Of a stretch of 64,000 bases of DNA, positions 19,510 through 29,495 are shown piece after piece. The translations under genes and the position numbers were made by a program. The DNA is from Candidatus Latescibacterota bacterium (GTDB taxonomy: Bacteria; Latescibacterota; UBA2968; UBA8231), in the NCBI GenBank assembly GCA_965203175.1, contig OZ241867.1:5696001-5760000 (forward strand), given 5' to 3'. Each line of letters starts with the position of its first letter. The stretch's first letter is position 1. The notes under the pieces were generated by a model, which saw only the letters and a program-made list of their open reading frames with translations, searched no databases and had not been told where the DNA came from.

Positions 19510-20538
19510 CTAAGGCGTCGGAGCCTCCGCGTCGATCAACCCCTCCTGCTTGAGCTCGGCCCAATAGTCGGCGGGGATTGCGCGCTCTAGGCAATCCACA
19601 TTGGCGGCAACTTCCGCGACGGTTCGCGCCCCGGGAATGACGGTCGCCACCGCCGGATGCCCAAAGGGAAATTGCAGTGCTGCAGCCGACAAGGGCACCT
19701 CGTGCCGCGCGCAAACCGCCTCAATGCGGCGCACCTTCTCCAGCACATCTTCCGGTGCCGGCGCGTAGTTGTAATACGCACCTTCGACTGCTCCGGTAGC
19801 CAAAATCCCCGAATTGTACGGCCCGCCGATGACGATCCGCACCCCCTTCTCCAAACACAGCGGCAACAACTCGCGCAGCGATTCCTGCTCCAGCAGCGTA
19901 TAGCGGCCAGCCAGCAAAAAGGCGTCGAAGTCCCCAGCGCGAGCGAAATCGGCCAGCATTTGCCATTGGTTCATACCCAAGCCAAGCGCCTTAATCACCT
20001 TTTGCTGGCGCAACTCGTCGAGCGCGGGATAGGTTTCAGCCATCACTTGATCGAAGTACCCTCGCTCGCCCGGCGTCCAATCCGGTTCAATGCTCTTCCC
20101 CTCGTCCGGGTCGTGGATCAGCACCAGATCGAGGCGATCCATTTTGAGCCGCTCTAAACTTCCCTCGATCGAGCGCAGCACTGCGTCGCGCGAGAAATCG
20201 AAATAGCTGGTCAGCTCGGGCGCATTGATGAACAGATCGACGTAATCGTCGCCAGGTTTCCGCTCCACCAGCGTATAGCCCACTTTCGAGGACAGGACGA
20301 TCTCGTCGCGGTTGTAGCGCGCCAGCCCCGGCCCCAAGCGCGTCTCGCTCAGGCCGTAGCCGTACAGCGGCGCAGTGTCAAAGTAGCGCACCCCAGCCGC
20401 AAAGGCCGCGTCTAGCACGTCCAGCCCCTCCTGCTCGCTCAGTACCGAGTACATGTTGCCAAAAGTCGTGCCTCCAAGCCCCAAGCGCGTCACCTCCAAG
20501 CCGTGTGGCCCAATTTTTTCTCTATCTCCTGCTCGCAT
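19510..20538 (-). CDS. Aldo/keto reductase (L-fucose/D-threo-aldose dehydrogenase-like)
   Basis: FDTAPLYGYG, SSKVG, LIHDPD, LAGRYTLLEQ and GGPYNSG motifs; start 20538 with GGAGG RBS. Confidence 0.88.
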   Translation of the reverse strand: MRAGDREKIGPHGLEVTRLGLGGTTFGNMYSVLSEQEGLDVLDAAFAAGVRYFDTAPLYGYGLSETRLGPGLARYNRDEIVLSSKVGYTLVERKPGDDYVDLFINAPELTSYFDFSRDAVLRSIEGSLERLKMDRLDLVLIHDPDEGKSIEPDWTPGERGYFDQVMAETYPALDELRQQKVIKALGLGMNQWQMLADFARAGDFDAFLLAGRYTLLEQESLRELLPLCLEKGVRIVIGGPYNSGILATGAVEGAYYNYAPAPEDVLEKVRRIEAVCARHEVPLSAAALQFPFGHPAVATVIPGARTVAEVAANVDCLERAIPADYWAELKQEGLIDAEAPTP

Positions 20539-20549
20539 TGTTGCCTCCC

Positions 20550-22493
20550 TTAGTAAATCGGAATCCGATTGCCGGTCTCCCCGGTGATATAGTCGAAGAA
20601 CACCCAAAACCCCGACACAAAAATGTGCCCCAAAATCAACCCCAAAAACAGCGGCCGTAACTGTCTATAGAGCGTCACGCCCCCGTATTTGAGCACCAGT
20701 GCCTTCAAGACCCAACCGATGAAGACGCTGAACCACGTCCAGATGATCGTCAGCGTCGCGCCGATGGGGAAGCCCAGATAATGCACCGGCCACCAGAGGA
20801 AGTGGTGCCGGGCGTACATCAACATCCCCATGATCGCCGCGCCGATCCCCGCGAACAAAAAGCGCGGCCCAATCTCGTCAAAATCATTTAAGGGATGCCT
20901 CGGGTTGGCGATCTTGTAGGCCGAGTCGCCGTGGACGATCTCGCCGAAGCGATTGTAGAACCACCAGTCCAAATTGATACCCCCATACTGGTACCCCATC
21001 CACACCACCATCCACACCGAACCAGCCAAACCGACCACAATCGAGAGCATCAGCGCCCAGAACAGCGGCCGTCCCCGCACTCGGCCAATATCAGCTAGCT
21101 TGAGCCCATTGATTGCCGAGGCCATCACCATGGTGCGCAAATCACCCGCCCAGCTAAAGGTCATCCCCAAGCTCACTAGCCCCGACGGACCTATCGCCTC
21201 TGTGCCCACCGCGTCGATCACAAACGGCTGCGCCGTCATCTGCGCCCGCGCAAAACCCAACCCGCCCTCGGCGACGATCCGCGTCAGCCCGTAAAATATG
21301 CAAAAGGCGACGAAGAGAAAAAACAGCGAAACCCACCACGGCACGCCCGATAAGGTCAGCCAGACGGTGGCGTACGCGCTGGCCAGAACCAAGACGATCA
21401 GCGCCGCCCGATACGAGAGAATCTCCTGCGAATCGTCCAGTCCCTCCTCGTTGTACAGGGCCTTGCGCCAGACCCGCCGCAGATAGCCGCGGCTGTTCCA
21501 CAGCCCGTAGATCACCAACACCAGCATGGCCCCCATCCCCTCGTAGGACACCGACATCGAGCCTTCCATAAATAGGTCGGTGCGGCCCGGCAGCGAATAG
21601 CCGAGGACGTTCTCAGTGGCAATTTGCGCTTTGGTCAACAAGTGGAAGAGCCAGATGCTCAACCCCACGTCTAAGCTCAAAAAGTACGCCAACCCTATCG
21701 CCACAAAGTTCACGTTGGTCGCCAGGTTCAGCGCGTGGTTAAACAGCGAGATGTGGTGGCGCAACTGTATCGCCGGGATAAAGGGGAAATAGTGGTTTAG
21801 AGCATTGGTGCTGTGCAGCACAACGGGTAGCGCGAACCCGATCCACAAAAGCGGCCTTTTGAACAGCGGCCCGATTATGGACCCGCTCTTGCCTTCTTCG
21901 GTCAGGTCGATGGGTAGCTGCAACAGCGGAAAGGTCAAGCGGTCGTAGTCAACCCATTGGCGGCGGACGATCGACGCGATGCAGATCATCATCAGGTAGA
22001 TCGCCAGAATGAACGAGACCCAAGCCGCAAGCGGCACCATCCAGTGTTCCCAGGGGATGGGCTGCCCCTTGGGTAGGCCCTCGAAGAAGTACTTGATCGC
22101 GTCTGGGTCCTGCGGCACCATCCACTCGCGGACGTAGGGATGCAGCAGTTCCGACCAATTATTCTCGGGGGTGGCATAGTAGTAGATATTGGGCAACATG
22201 GCGATCAAGTTGCCCGTAAAACCCCACGTGGGGATGGCCGAACCGATGATCATCATCGCGTAGATGATAATCAACTCGGAGCGATTAAAGCCCCAAGCAC
22301 GGCGCATCAGCTTGAGCGCGGGATTGATAAAAGCCACCACCAGAAAGAACAGGAACACCGCTCCGGCGGTGATGTAATCGGAGGACATGCCCGCGGTGGC
22401 CATCGCCAGCCGGGCATATGCGAAAAACACGTTGATCGCCAGGGACAGCAAGGCCCCAAAAGCGAACGAGCGATAGGTGAAATTACCGGGCAT
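20550..22493 (-). CDS. DUF6785/DUF6784-type polytopic membrane protein, copy 2
   Basis: YYATPENNW, QWVDYDRLTFPL, WPVHYLG and KYGGVTLYR motifs. Confidence 0.78.
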   Translation of the reverse strand: MPGNFTYRSFAFGALLSLAINVFFAYARLAMATAGMSSDYITAGAVFLFFLVVAFINPALKLMRRAWGFNRSELIIIYAMMIIGSAIPTWGFTGNLIAMLPNIYYYATPENNWSELLHPYVREWMVPQDPDAIKYFFEGLPKGQPIPWEHWMVPLAAWVSFILAIYLMMICIASIVRRQWVDYDRLTFPLLQLPIDLTEEGKSGSIIGPLFKRPLLWIGFALPVVLHSTNALNHYFPFIPAIQLRHHISLFNHALNLATNVNFVAIGLAYFLSLDVGLSIWLFHLLTKAQIATENVLGYSLPGRTDLFMEGSMSVSYEGMGAMLVLVIYGLWNSRGYLRRVWRKALYNEEGLDDSQEILSYRAALIVLVLASAYATVWLTLSGVPWWVSLFFLFVAFCIFYGLTRIVAEGGLGFARAQMTAQPFVIDAVGTEAIGPSGLVSLGMTFSWAGDLRTMVMASAINGLKLADIGRVRGRPLFWALMLSIVVGLAGSVWMVVWMGYQYGGINLDWWFYNRFGEIVHGDSAYKIANPRHPLNDFDEIGPRFLFAGIGAAIMGMLMYARHHFLWWPVHYLGFPIGATLTIIWTWFSVFIGWVLKALVLKYGGVTLYRQLRPLFLGLILGHIFVSGFWVFFDYITGETGNRIPIY

Positions 22494-22499
22494 CAGAGC

Positions 22500-22528
22500 A
22501 TCTTAGGATATAATTTATTTTGCCGCAA
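22500..22528 (-). promoter_or_regulatory. Sigma70-like promoter, probably leaderless, for the 22493 operon
   Basis: TTGCGG-17 nt-TAAGAT-6 nt-ATG, with no SD. Confidence 0.55.
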
Positions 22529-22540
22529 ATGGGCGGCGAT

Positions 22541-22569
22541 TTGTGGCCGGGCAAGCCGCAGTCTATACT
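22541..22569 (+). promoter_or_regulatory. Sigma70-like promoter for the 22603 gene
   Basis: TTGTGG-17 nt-TATACT, with an AAGGA RBS downstream. Confidence 0.55.
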
Positions 22570-22602
22570 TAGCGCACTCTCATTCACAGCAAAGGATACC
22601 CT

Positions 22603-23655
22603 ATGGCAGCGCTCAAAGTCGGCATCATTGGCCTCGGCGGCATCGCCCGTTCCCACTGCGATGCAATCGCCCATCTCGACCAAGTAGAAGTCATCGCAGT
22701 CGCCGATCTGTTCGAGGAGAAGCGGCGCGAGTACATGGACAAGTACCACATCCCCAAGGGCTATTCAACGCACCACGAACTCTTGGAAGATGCCGACGTC
22801 GATGCGGTCGCCGTCGTGCTCGGTCATCAGTTGCACCACCAGCTCACTATCGACGCCTGCCGCGCCGGCAAGCACGTACTCGTCGAAAAACCCATGGCCA
22901 TCAACCTAGAGCAATGCGACGCCATGGTCGCCGCGGCCGCGGAAAACAATGTCAAGCTAATGGTCGGGCTGTCGCAGCACTTTTACAGCACCAGCCTCAA
23001 GGCCAAGGAAATCCTCGACTCCGGTCAACTTGGACCCGTGATTACGGCTGTCAGCTACATGTCGAAAAACTGGAATTTCGCCGGCCGCCGGCCCCAGTAC
23101 CGCAGTCGCTTCCACGGCGGCGGCATGTGGTTGACCAACGGAGTCCACGTCGTCGATCGGCTCACGTGGGTGATGGCTTCGCAAGCCGCGTCGGTCTCAG
23201 CTTCCATTGGCACCCGCGCTCATTACCAAGCCGCCGACGATTCAGCCACGGCCTTTATCCGCTACAAAAACGGCCTCGCCGGCACGGCCGTGGCCGTGGG
23301 CTTCGCGGACGGTGCGCCGAATTTTGAATGCCAAGTGATCTGCGCCAACGGCTCGCTGCGCTTCAGCCAGCACGGCGAGAAATACGTCAAAGTAGGCCAA
23401 GGCGATACGTGGGAAGACGTCCCGTTCGAGGACGCGCCAACCGAAATGTACCACGAGTGGAAAAGTTTTGCCGAGGCCATTGCGCTCAACATCGAGCCAC
23501 CGACTCACGGCCAATACGGGCGGCACATCATGGAAATCCTCTTCGCCGCCGAAGCCTCGTCCCTCACTCGGCGCGAGGTCAAAATAGGCCGCCGCCCGCA
23601 TTGGCAGACCCAGACTTCCGGCTCGCCCGTGACCACTCAGCACGGCTGGATTTAA
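22603..23655 (+). CDS. Gfo/Idh/MocA family oxidoreductase
   Basis: GIIGLGGIA, AGKHVLVEKPMA and GGGMWLTNGVHVVD motifs. Confidence 0.92.
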   Translation: MAALKVGIIGLGGIARSHCDAIAHLDQVEVIAVADLFEEKRREYMDKYHIPKGYSTHHELLEDADVDAVAVVLGHQLHHQLTIDACRAGKHVLVEKPMAINLEQCDAMVAAAAENNVKLMVGLSQHFYSTSLKAKEILDSGQLGPVITAVSYMSKNWNFAGRRPQYRSRFHGGGMWLTNGVHVVDRLTWVMASQAASVSASIGTRAHYQAADDSATAFIRYKNGLAGTAVAVGFADGAPNFECQVICANGSLRFSQHGEKYVKVGQGDTWEDVPFEDAPTEMYHEWKSFAEAIALNIEPPTHGQYGRHIMEILFAAEASSLTRREVKIGRRPHWQTQTSGSPVTTQHGWI

Positions 23656-23658
23656 GCG

Positions 23659-24522
23659 CTAGTGCTCCAGCGGCGTCATATCCCCGGCCTGCGCCACTTC
23701 CTCTAGCTCCGCCACGCTCGCCGCGCCACTGGACACGGTCGAGACCCGCTCGTCGGCCAAGACCCAGCGAAACGCGCTCTGCGGCAGCGTTGATTCCTGT
23801 CGCTTTAGCTGCTCGATAATCGCCCATGCCCGCTGCCGCTCTTCCTCGCCCTCGAACCGACGCTCCACCGCCGCGCGCTGGTCCTTACCAGCGACGTACA
23901 CACCTCCAGCCAGCACTGTCGCCAGCACCACGCCCATATCGCTTTGCGCGGCGGCCGGCAAAACTTGCTCCGCTGCTAACTGCACACAGGGATGGTAGTC
24001 GTGGTAGCACAGCACCGAGTCGAATTCGCCTGTTGCCGCCAGCCGCGCCAGCAGGGGAATGGCCCGGCCCGTCACGCCGATAAAATCGCACAGCCCCTGT
24101 TTTTGCGCGGCGCGCAAACCCTCCAAAGTCCCGCCCTTTTCCACGATTCGCTCCCAGCCCGCCATGTTCACCTCGTGGATCTGCGCCACCGTCAGCTTAG
24201 TTAGGCCCAGCAAGGCCAAGCTGCGTTCCAAACTCTGCAAGACCGAATCGCGCCGGTAGTCAAAGTCGTCCGGCTTAAACCCTACCTTGGTCGCCAAGTA
24301 AAAGGGGCGGCGCTCCCCGGCCAGCGCCTTGCCCAGCAGCTCTTCGCTCGGCCCGTAGAGCGGTGCTGTATCGATGTAATTGCAGCCCAAATCCAACGCG
24401 CGGCGCACAATCTCCTGGGCATTTTCCGCGGTGCGCTCCGGATCCTTGCCCCCCAAGTAGGCCCCGCCTAAGCTGACCGCGCTCACTTGTAATTCCGTGC
24501 GCCCAAATCGCCGATAGCGCAT
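23659..24522 (-). CDS. Aldo/keto reductase
   Basis: YRRFGRTEL, IDTAPLYG, ATKVG and QIHE motifs; AAGGAG RBS. Confidence 0.88.
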   Translation of the reverse strand: MRYRRFGRTELQVSAVSLGGAYLGGKDPERTAENAQEIVRRALDLGCNYIDTAPLYGPSEELLGKALAGERRPFYLATKVGFKPDDFDYRRDSVLQSLERSLALLGLTKLTVAQIHEVNMAGWERIVEKGGTLEGLRAAQKQGLCDFIGVTGRAIPLLARLAATGEFDSVLCYHDYHPCVQLAAEQVLPAAAQSDMGVVLATVLAGGVYVAGKDQRAAVERRFEGEEERQRAWAIIEQLKRQESTLPQSAFRWVLADERVSTVSSGAASVAELEEVAQAGDMTPLEH

Positions 24523-24535
24523 GGTTGTTCTCCTT

Positions 24536-24838
24536 TTATCTTACCTCTACGACTTCCTCTCTCCTGACAGTAATCCGAGTAGTCAGTCCAACTCGTGCGG
24601 CCATGTTCACTAGTTTGTCAATGGTGAATTTGCTGATTCGGCCATTGACGAGCTCACTCACACGCGATCGCGTCACACCAAGCCGTTTGGCCGCCTCTTC
24701 CTGAGTGAGTTTCTCTTGATCAATGTACGCCTTTATGGCATCCATTAGCAGAGAACGGAGCTTGAGGTTAGCCGCTTCTTCGGGGCTGTCCGCAATGGCA
24801 TCCCAGACGCTCCGGTAGGTGTGAATCTCCTGTAGCAT
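24536..24838 (-). CDS. XRE-family HTH protein (HigA-like antitoxin type)
   Basis: SVWDAIADSPEEAANLKLRS...TQEEAAKRLGVTRSRVSELVNGRISKFTIDKL. Confidence 0.85.
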   Translation of the reverse strand: MLQEIHTYRSVWDAIADSPEEAANLKLRSLLMDAIKAYIDQEKLTQEEAAKRLGVTRSRVSELVNGRISKFTIDKLVNMAARVGLTTRITVRREEVVEVR

Positions 24839-24844
24839 TGCACC

Positions 24845-26575
24845 CTATCCCTCCACCGGCTCCAGCCCGAGCAACACCAAGAGCCACGTGTTGTGCCAGT
24901 AGGCGCTGTTGATATAGGGGTTTTTCGCCGACGGCCAGTTCTTCCAGTAGGTCTGGTTGTGCGGGATGCGGTGATACCACTGTACGATGGGGATGGAGGG
25001 CAGCTCGGCCAGCCAGATTTCCATGGCCTCGCGAAAGAGCGTCTGCAGCGCCGGGTCGTCGGGCGCGGTCTGTCCCATCTGATCGACCAGCGCGTCAAAC
25101 TCCGGGTTCGACCAGCGCCAGAACCGCTCGGAGTGCGTGCCAGTGGGCCGAACGAATCGGCTGTGGTAGAGCCGCAGCGTGAAATACGGATCGCGCACGC
25201 TCGCACCATTACCCATCAAGAAGGCCCGCGCCGCGCCCTGCGCCATGCGCGAAAACGCATCGGGCGTCATGCGGAAGTCGGCGTCAAAACCCGACCGCTC
25301 CAACTGCGCCACCAAGACCGGTGCCAAGTCAGTAAAAATATCGAAAATGTCGATGACGATCTTGAGCCGCTCGCCCTCTTTGGTCCAGAAGCCCTCGGCG
25401 TCCTTGCTCCACCCTTTGCGCTCCATAATCGCCGCAGCCTTGGCCGGGTCGTGGACGCCGATCTCGTACTTTTCCACCAAGTCTTGAATCGTGTCGGTGT
25501 ATTGGCGGATGGGCGGGAAGTCCGGTAGCGGCAGGTGCGATTTAGTCCCGGCTCCCTGCCAGCCAATAGCTACCAATTGGTCGCGGTCAATGGCGTAGTT
25601 GATGGCGCGGCGGATATCCGGGTCGTCAAACGGCGGCTCCAAATTGTTGAACCCCAAGCACACCGGCCACCAGTCGAGATATCCGAGCGGCAACTCGCGC
25701 CCGGTCCAAGTAGAGACGTTGGGATTGGCGTCGAGGATCGATTGTATATTCGGCGGCCGGATGTCGAGGCAAGTGTCCATGGCGTTGGAGATCAAATTCT
25801 GCACTCGCTTGGTCTCCTCCATGTGCGTCAGATAGATGATGCGCTCCACGGCCGGAGGCTCGCGAAAGCCCGTCTTCTGCGCCCACCATCCCGGGCGCAA
25901 ATCCCACACCCGCTGTGCGGGCACGGAAATGAAGATCTCGTACGGGCCGCTGGCGACCGGCCAGCCTTTTTCCGAGTCGAAGTTACTGAACGTCTGCGGG
26001 TCTTGGCCCTCCCAAATGTGCTTGGGTACAATGGGGACGCCGTTGTCGAAGTTGTTGGTGAAGTAGCTAAAGACAAAGCGCGGATTAGGCTTGGTAAGCG
26101 CGATTTTAGCTGTGTGATCGTCGGTCGCCACAGCGCTCTTTACCCACGTCTGCATGTCGGTAGAAAAAGACAAATGTGGCGCGTTGTCTTTGAGCATGTT
26201 GATCGTAAAGACCAAGTCGTGCGCCGTCCACGGCTGCCCATCGCTCCACTCAACCCCATCGCGAATGTGGATGGTGACCTCGGTGTAGTCTTCGTTGTAC
26301 TCGTGCCCGGTGGCGATCCAAGGGATGATGTTGTCGGCGTGTGGATTGTAGGCGTTGTAGAAGTACAGCGGTTCGTATTGGAAGTTCCAACCCGTCTTGG
26401 AAACGCCAGTCAACAAAAACGGGTTAAACGAGTTGTAGTCCTTGATCTGCCCGCTACAGTCCTGCAAGCTCGAACAATCCATGACCAAGGTCCGGCTCCG
26501 TGGCACGTTCTTGTGCCCCTCGTCCCCACAGCTAACCAACAGCACCCCCACCAAACACAACAACAGACCCTGCAT
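24845..26575 (-). CDS. ABC transporter substrate-binding lipoprotein, family 5 (peptide/oligosaccharide)
   Basis: Lipobox LVSC; YEPL, IRDGVEWSDG.PWTAHD and RRAINYAIDR motifs. Start moved to ATG 26575. Confidence 0.88.
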   Translation of the reverse strand: MQGLLLCLVGVLLVSCGDEGHKNVPRSRTLVMDCSSLQDCSGQIKDYNSFNPFLLTGVSKTGWNFQYEPLYFYNAYNPHADNIIPWIATGHEYNEDYTEVTIHIRDGVEWSDGQPWTAHDLVFTINMLKDNAPHLSFSTDMQTWVKSAVATDDHTAKIALTKPNPRFVFSYFTNNFDNGVPIVPKHIWEGQDPQTFSNFDSEKGWPVASGPYEIFISVPAQRVWDLRPGWWAQKTGFREPPAVERIIYLTHMEETKRVQNLISNAMDTCLDIRPPNIQSILDANPNVSTWTGRELPLGYLDWWPVCLGFNNLEPPFDDPDIRRAINYAIDRDQLVAIGWQGAGTKSHLPLPDFPPIRQYTDTIQDLVEKYEIGVHDPAKAAAIMERKGWSKDAEGFWTKEGERLKIVIDIFDIFTDLAPVLVAQLERSGFDADFRMTPDAFSRMAQGAARAFLMGNGASVRDPYFTLRLYHSRFVRPTGTHSERFWRWSNPEFDALVDQMGQTAPDDPALQTLFREAMEIWLAELPSIPIVQWYHRIPHNQTYWKNWPSAKNPYINSAYWHNTWLLVLLGLEPVEG

Positions 26576-26592
26576 CGCATTTCTCCGGAAAA

Positions 26593-27648
26593 TTATTTTT
26601 GCGCGTCGGCCGCCGCCGAGAACACTTCGTTTAGATCGCCGCTTTCCAACACCGGCGACTCCGCGTGCAGAAAACAAGCCACCGCCCGCTCGGCTTCTGG
26701 TCTGTAAAACGGCGGCGCGGTCGCACACTGGGCCATGGCTTGAGGGCAGCGCAGCACATAGCGGCAGCCGGCAGCCGCCTCTTCGGCCTCTATAGCCTCT
26801 ATATCGACCACTTCCTTTTCTTCCACTGCTTCGTCGATCCACTCACGCCCCGGCTCGGGCACGGGGATCGAGTGAATTAACTCGCGCGTATAGGGGTGCT
26901 GCGGATCCTTAATCACCTTCTCCGTGTGACCAGCTTCGGCCACAGCCCCGTGGAACAAGACGACGATGTTCTCGCTGACTTGGTACGCGGTTGTCAGATC
27001 GTGGGTGATGTAGATAAAGGAAATACCGAAATCGCGATACAGCGCGTGCAGGGTGGAGAGAATAGTCGCGCGGAGCGAGGCGTCCACCATGGACACCGGC
27101 TCGTCGGCGATGATCAGCTTGGGCTTGAGCAACAGCGCGCGCGCAATGGTGATGCGCTGGCGCTGCCCGCCCGAAAGCTGGTGCGGGTAGCGACCCAACG
27201 TCTCCTCGGGTCGTAGTCCAACTGCGCGCAGGGCCTCGCGTATCTTATCGTACGCATCGGCCTTGGAGTCGGCCAATCCGAACTTCCGCACCGGCGTCGT
27301 CAGGATGTGATCGATCTTGTAGAAGGGATTGTACACCTCAAAGGGATCTTGAAAAATCGCCTGTACGTCCTTGCGAAACTGCCGCCGCTCCTCCTTTTGC
27401 AGGTCGTGGACATCGCGTCCTTGGTAGAGCACCTCGCCGGCGCTGGGATCGAGTACCCCGAGCAACATGCGGGCGATCGTGGTCTTGCCGCTGCCCGACT
27501 CGCCAGCAATCGTGGTAAAGGAGGGCCTATCGGCGTCAATCGACAGAGAAAAGTCGCTGACGGCTATGGTCTCGGTACTGGGGCCGAAGCGCTGGCCGCC
27601 GCTGCGGAAGACCTTGCGCAGGTGGCGCGCCTCAAGAAGCGGGGGCAT
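26593..27648 (-). CDS. ABC transporter ATP-binding protein (OppF-like)
   Basis: GESGSGKT, LSGGQRQR, ADEP and HPYT motifs; C-terminal Cys motif. Confidence 0.92.
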   Translation of the reverse strand: MPPLLEARHLRKVFRSGGQRFGPSTETIAVSDFSLSIDADRPSFTTIAGESGSGKTTIARMLLGVLDPSAGEVLYQGRDVHDLQKEERRQFRKDVQAIFQDPFEVYNPFYKIDHILTTPVRKFGLADSKADAYDKIREALRAVGLRPEETLGRYPHQLSGGQRQRITIARALLLKPKLIIADEPVSMVDASLRATILSTLHALYRDFGISFIYITHDLTTAYQVSENIVVLFHGAVAEAGHTEKVIKDPQHPYTRELIHSIPVPEPGREWIDEAVEEKEVVDIEAIEAEEAAAGCRYVLRCPQAMAQCATAPPFYRPEAERAVACFLHAESPVLESGDLNEVFSAAADAQK

Positions 27649-28639
27649 CTGCGTCCTCCTCGTGCAACAGACACGACGCTAAGTGGTCGGGGGCGACCGT
27701 TTTCAAGGTCGGTATGCGCTGGCTGCACTGGGGCATGGCTTGAGGGCAGCGCGGGTGGAAAAGACAGCCCGACGGCGGCTCCAACAACGACAGCGCGACC
27801 CCGGGAATGCCCTTGAACTCGCCCTTGGTCTCAAACGAGGGAATGCTAGAAATCAGAAGTTGAGTGTAGGGGTGTTGCGGATTGTGAAAAATCTCCTCGA
27901 CCCGGCCCACCTCGACCAATTTGCCGCCGTACATGATGCCCACGCGCTCGGCGAACTGCGCCATCAGGCCCATGTCGTGGCCCACCAAGAGCACGGTGGC
28001 ATTGAGCTGGTGCTGTAGCTGGCGCAAGGTCTGCATGATCTGCCGCTGCACGACCACGTCGAGGGCAGAGGTCGGTTCGTCGGCCAAGATGAGCTGCGGA
28101 TTGAGCGAGATGGCTTGGGCAATGCAGGCCCGCTGCTTCATGCCGCCGCTCAATTCGTGGGGGAACAGACGGGCCACTTCCGGTTTCAACCCGACCCTAG
28201 CCAACAGCTCAATCGCGCGCTCCAACTGCGCGGCCTTGGGCGGCGGTTGATCTTCGACCGCGTGCTCGCGCATCGTCAGCATCAGTTGATCCCCGATCCT
28301 CATCACCGGATTGAGCGAGTTCATCGCGCCCTGCGGCACCATGGCGACCCGCTTGAGCCGGGCCTGCCGCACTTGCTCGCGGTCGAGCTGAATCAGGTCG
28401 GTGCCGTCGTCTAAGGTCGCCTTGCCTCCGGCGATGAGACCCGGCGTCTTGATCATCCGCAACAGCGCCAAAATCAACGTGGTCTTACCGCTGCCAGATT
28501 CGCCGACGAGGCCAAAGCGCTCGCCTTTGTACAGGGTCAGATCAACCTTGTTGACGGCGCGGGCAATGCCGCGCCGGGTCTCGAAGTGGACCTCCAAGCC
28601 ACGGATGTCCAGCAGCACCTCTTTGTCGGCCTTGCTCAT
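27632..28639 (-). CDS. ABC transporter ATP-binding protein (OppD-like)
   Basis: GESGSGKT, LSGGMKQR, DEPTSALD and GCLFHPRC motifs; ATG 28639 overlaps the permease stop. Confidence 0.92.
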   Translation of the reverse strand: MSKADKEVLLDIRGLEVHFETRRGIARAVNKVDLTLYKGERFGLVGESGSGKTTLILALLRMIKTPGLIAGGKATLDDGTDLIQLDREQVRQARLKRVAMVPQGAMNSLNPVMRIGDQLMLTMREHAVEDQPPPKAAQLERAIELLARVGLKPEVARLFPHELSGGMKQRACIAQAISLNPQLILADEPTSALDVVVQRQIMQTLRQLQHQLNATVLLVGHDMGLMAQFAERVGIMYGGKLVEVGRVEEIFHNPQHPYTQLLISSIPSFETKGEFKGIPGVALSLLEPPSGCLFHPRCPQAMPQCSQRIPTLKTVAPDHLASCLLHEEDADAPAS

Positions 28640-29493
28640 ACGGCCTTGCGTTGTTTGGGGTTGGCCAGCTCGTCTAAGCCAGCCGCGGTCATCAACAAAC
28701 CGACGAAGATCACACCGATAAAGAAGATTGGAATCGCCCACCACCACCACATGCCGCGAATAAGCGCAGAGAACGTGATGGCCCAATAAATGGTCATGCC
28801 GACCGTTGGATCGTTCTGCGGCCCCAAGCCGAGCGCTTCTAGGCCGATTGACGAGAGAATGGCCCAGTTGACGGCATTGGTAAAATTGGCCGCGAGGTAG
28901 GGCAGCAGATTGGGGAAAAGCTCCTTCCAGATGATCTCGCCGTTGCTCATGCCGTTGAGCTTGGCCATCTGCACGTACGCCCGCTCGCGCATGGTCAAAA
29001 CCTGCGAGCGGATCGTGCGCGTGGGCCACATCCACGCCAGCGAAGCCACCACCAAGGCCATGATATTGACGCTGATTTCCTCGCGGATCGTCGAGGCAAT
29101 GGAGACCAGCACCACGAGGCCGGGCACAGTCAGTAGCGTATCCACGAGGCCGCGGATGACCGTGTCGATCTTACCTCCCATATAGCCGCTCGTAAAACCG
29201 AGAAAAATGCCCAACCCGAGCCCCACTGTGCCAGCCAACAGACCAATCCGCATAGTCAGCGGCACCCCCACCACCATCACGGCGAGGAGGTCGCGACCGG
29301 AGTCGTCGGTGCCAAAGGGATGCTCCAGCGAGGGCTCTTGTCGCGGCGGCGTAGCCAGTGGCTGTGCCTTCGAGGTATCGACGAAGATCGGCCCCAAGAC
29401 CCCAAACAGCACCACCAACAGGATCATGCACAGGCCGGCCGCAAGCATCGGGCTTTCGCGCAAGTAGTAGAGAATTTGGTCTAAACGGTGCAT
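28636..29493 (-). CDS. ABC transporter permease (OppC-like)
   Basis: HPFGTDDSGRD motif and EAA-type loop AYVQMAKLNG. Confidence 0.92.
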   Translation of the reverse strand: MHRLDQILYYLRESPMLAAGLCMILLVVLFGVLGPIFVDTSKAQPLATPPRQEPSLEHPFGTDDSGRDLLAVMVVGVPLTMRIGLLAGTVGLGLGIFLGFTSGYMGGKIDTVIRGLVDTLLTVPGLVVLVSIASTIREEISVNIMALVVASLAWMWPTRTIRSQVLTMRERAYVQMAKLNGMSNGEIIWKELFPNLLPYLAANFTNAVNWAILSSIGLEALGLGPQNDPTVGMTIYWAITFSALIRGMWWWWAIPIFFIGVIFVGLLMTAAGLDELANPKQRKAV

Positions 29494-29495
29494 GG

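Noticed and set aside
19466-19714. N-terminal extensions in the ORF track (GH116; also the SBP, OppD-like, HAD, 35131, 44953, DUF4389, SpeE-like and SDR genes)
   Set aside because: They overlap upstream genes, and downstream starts have a better RBS, signal peptide or coupled start/stop.
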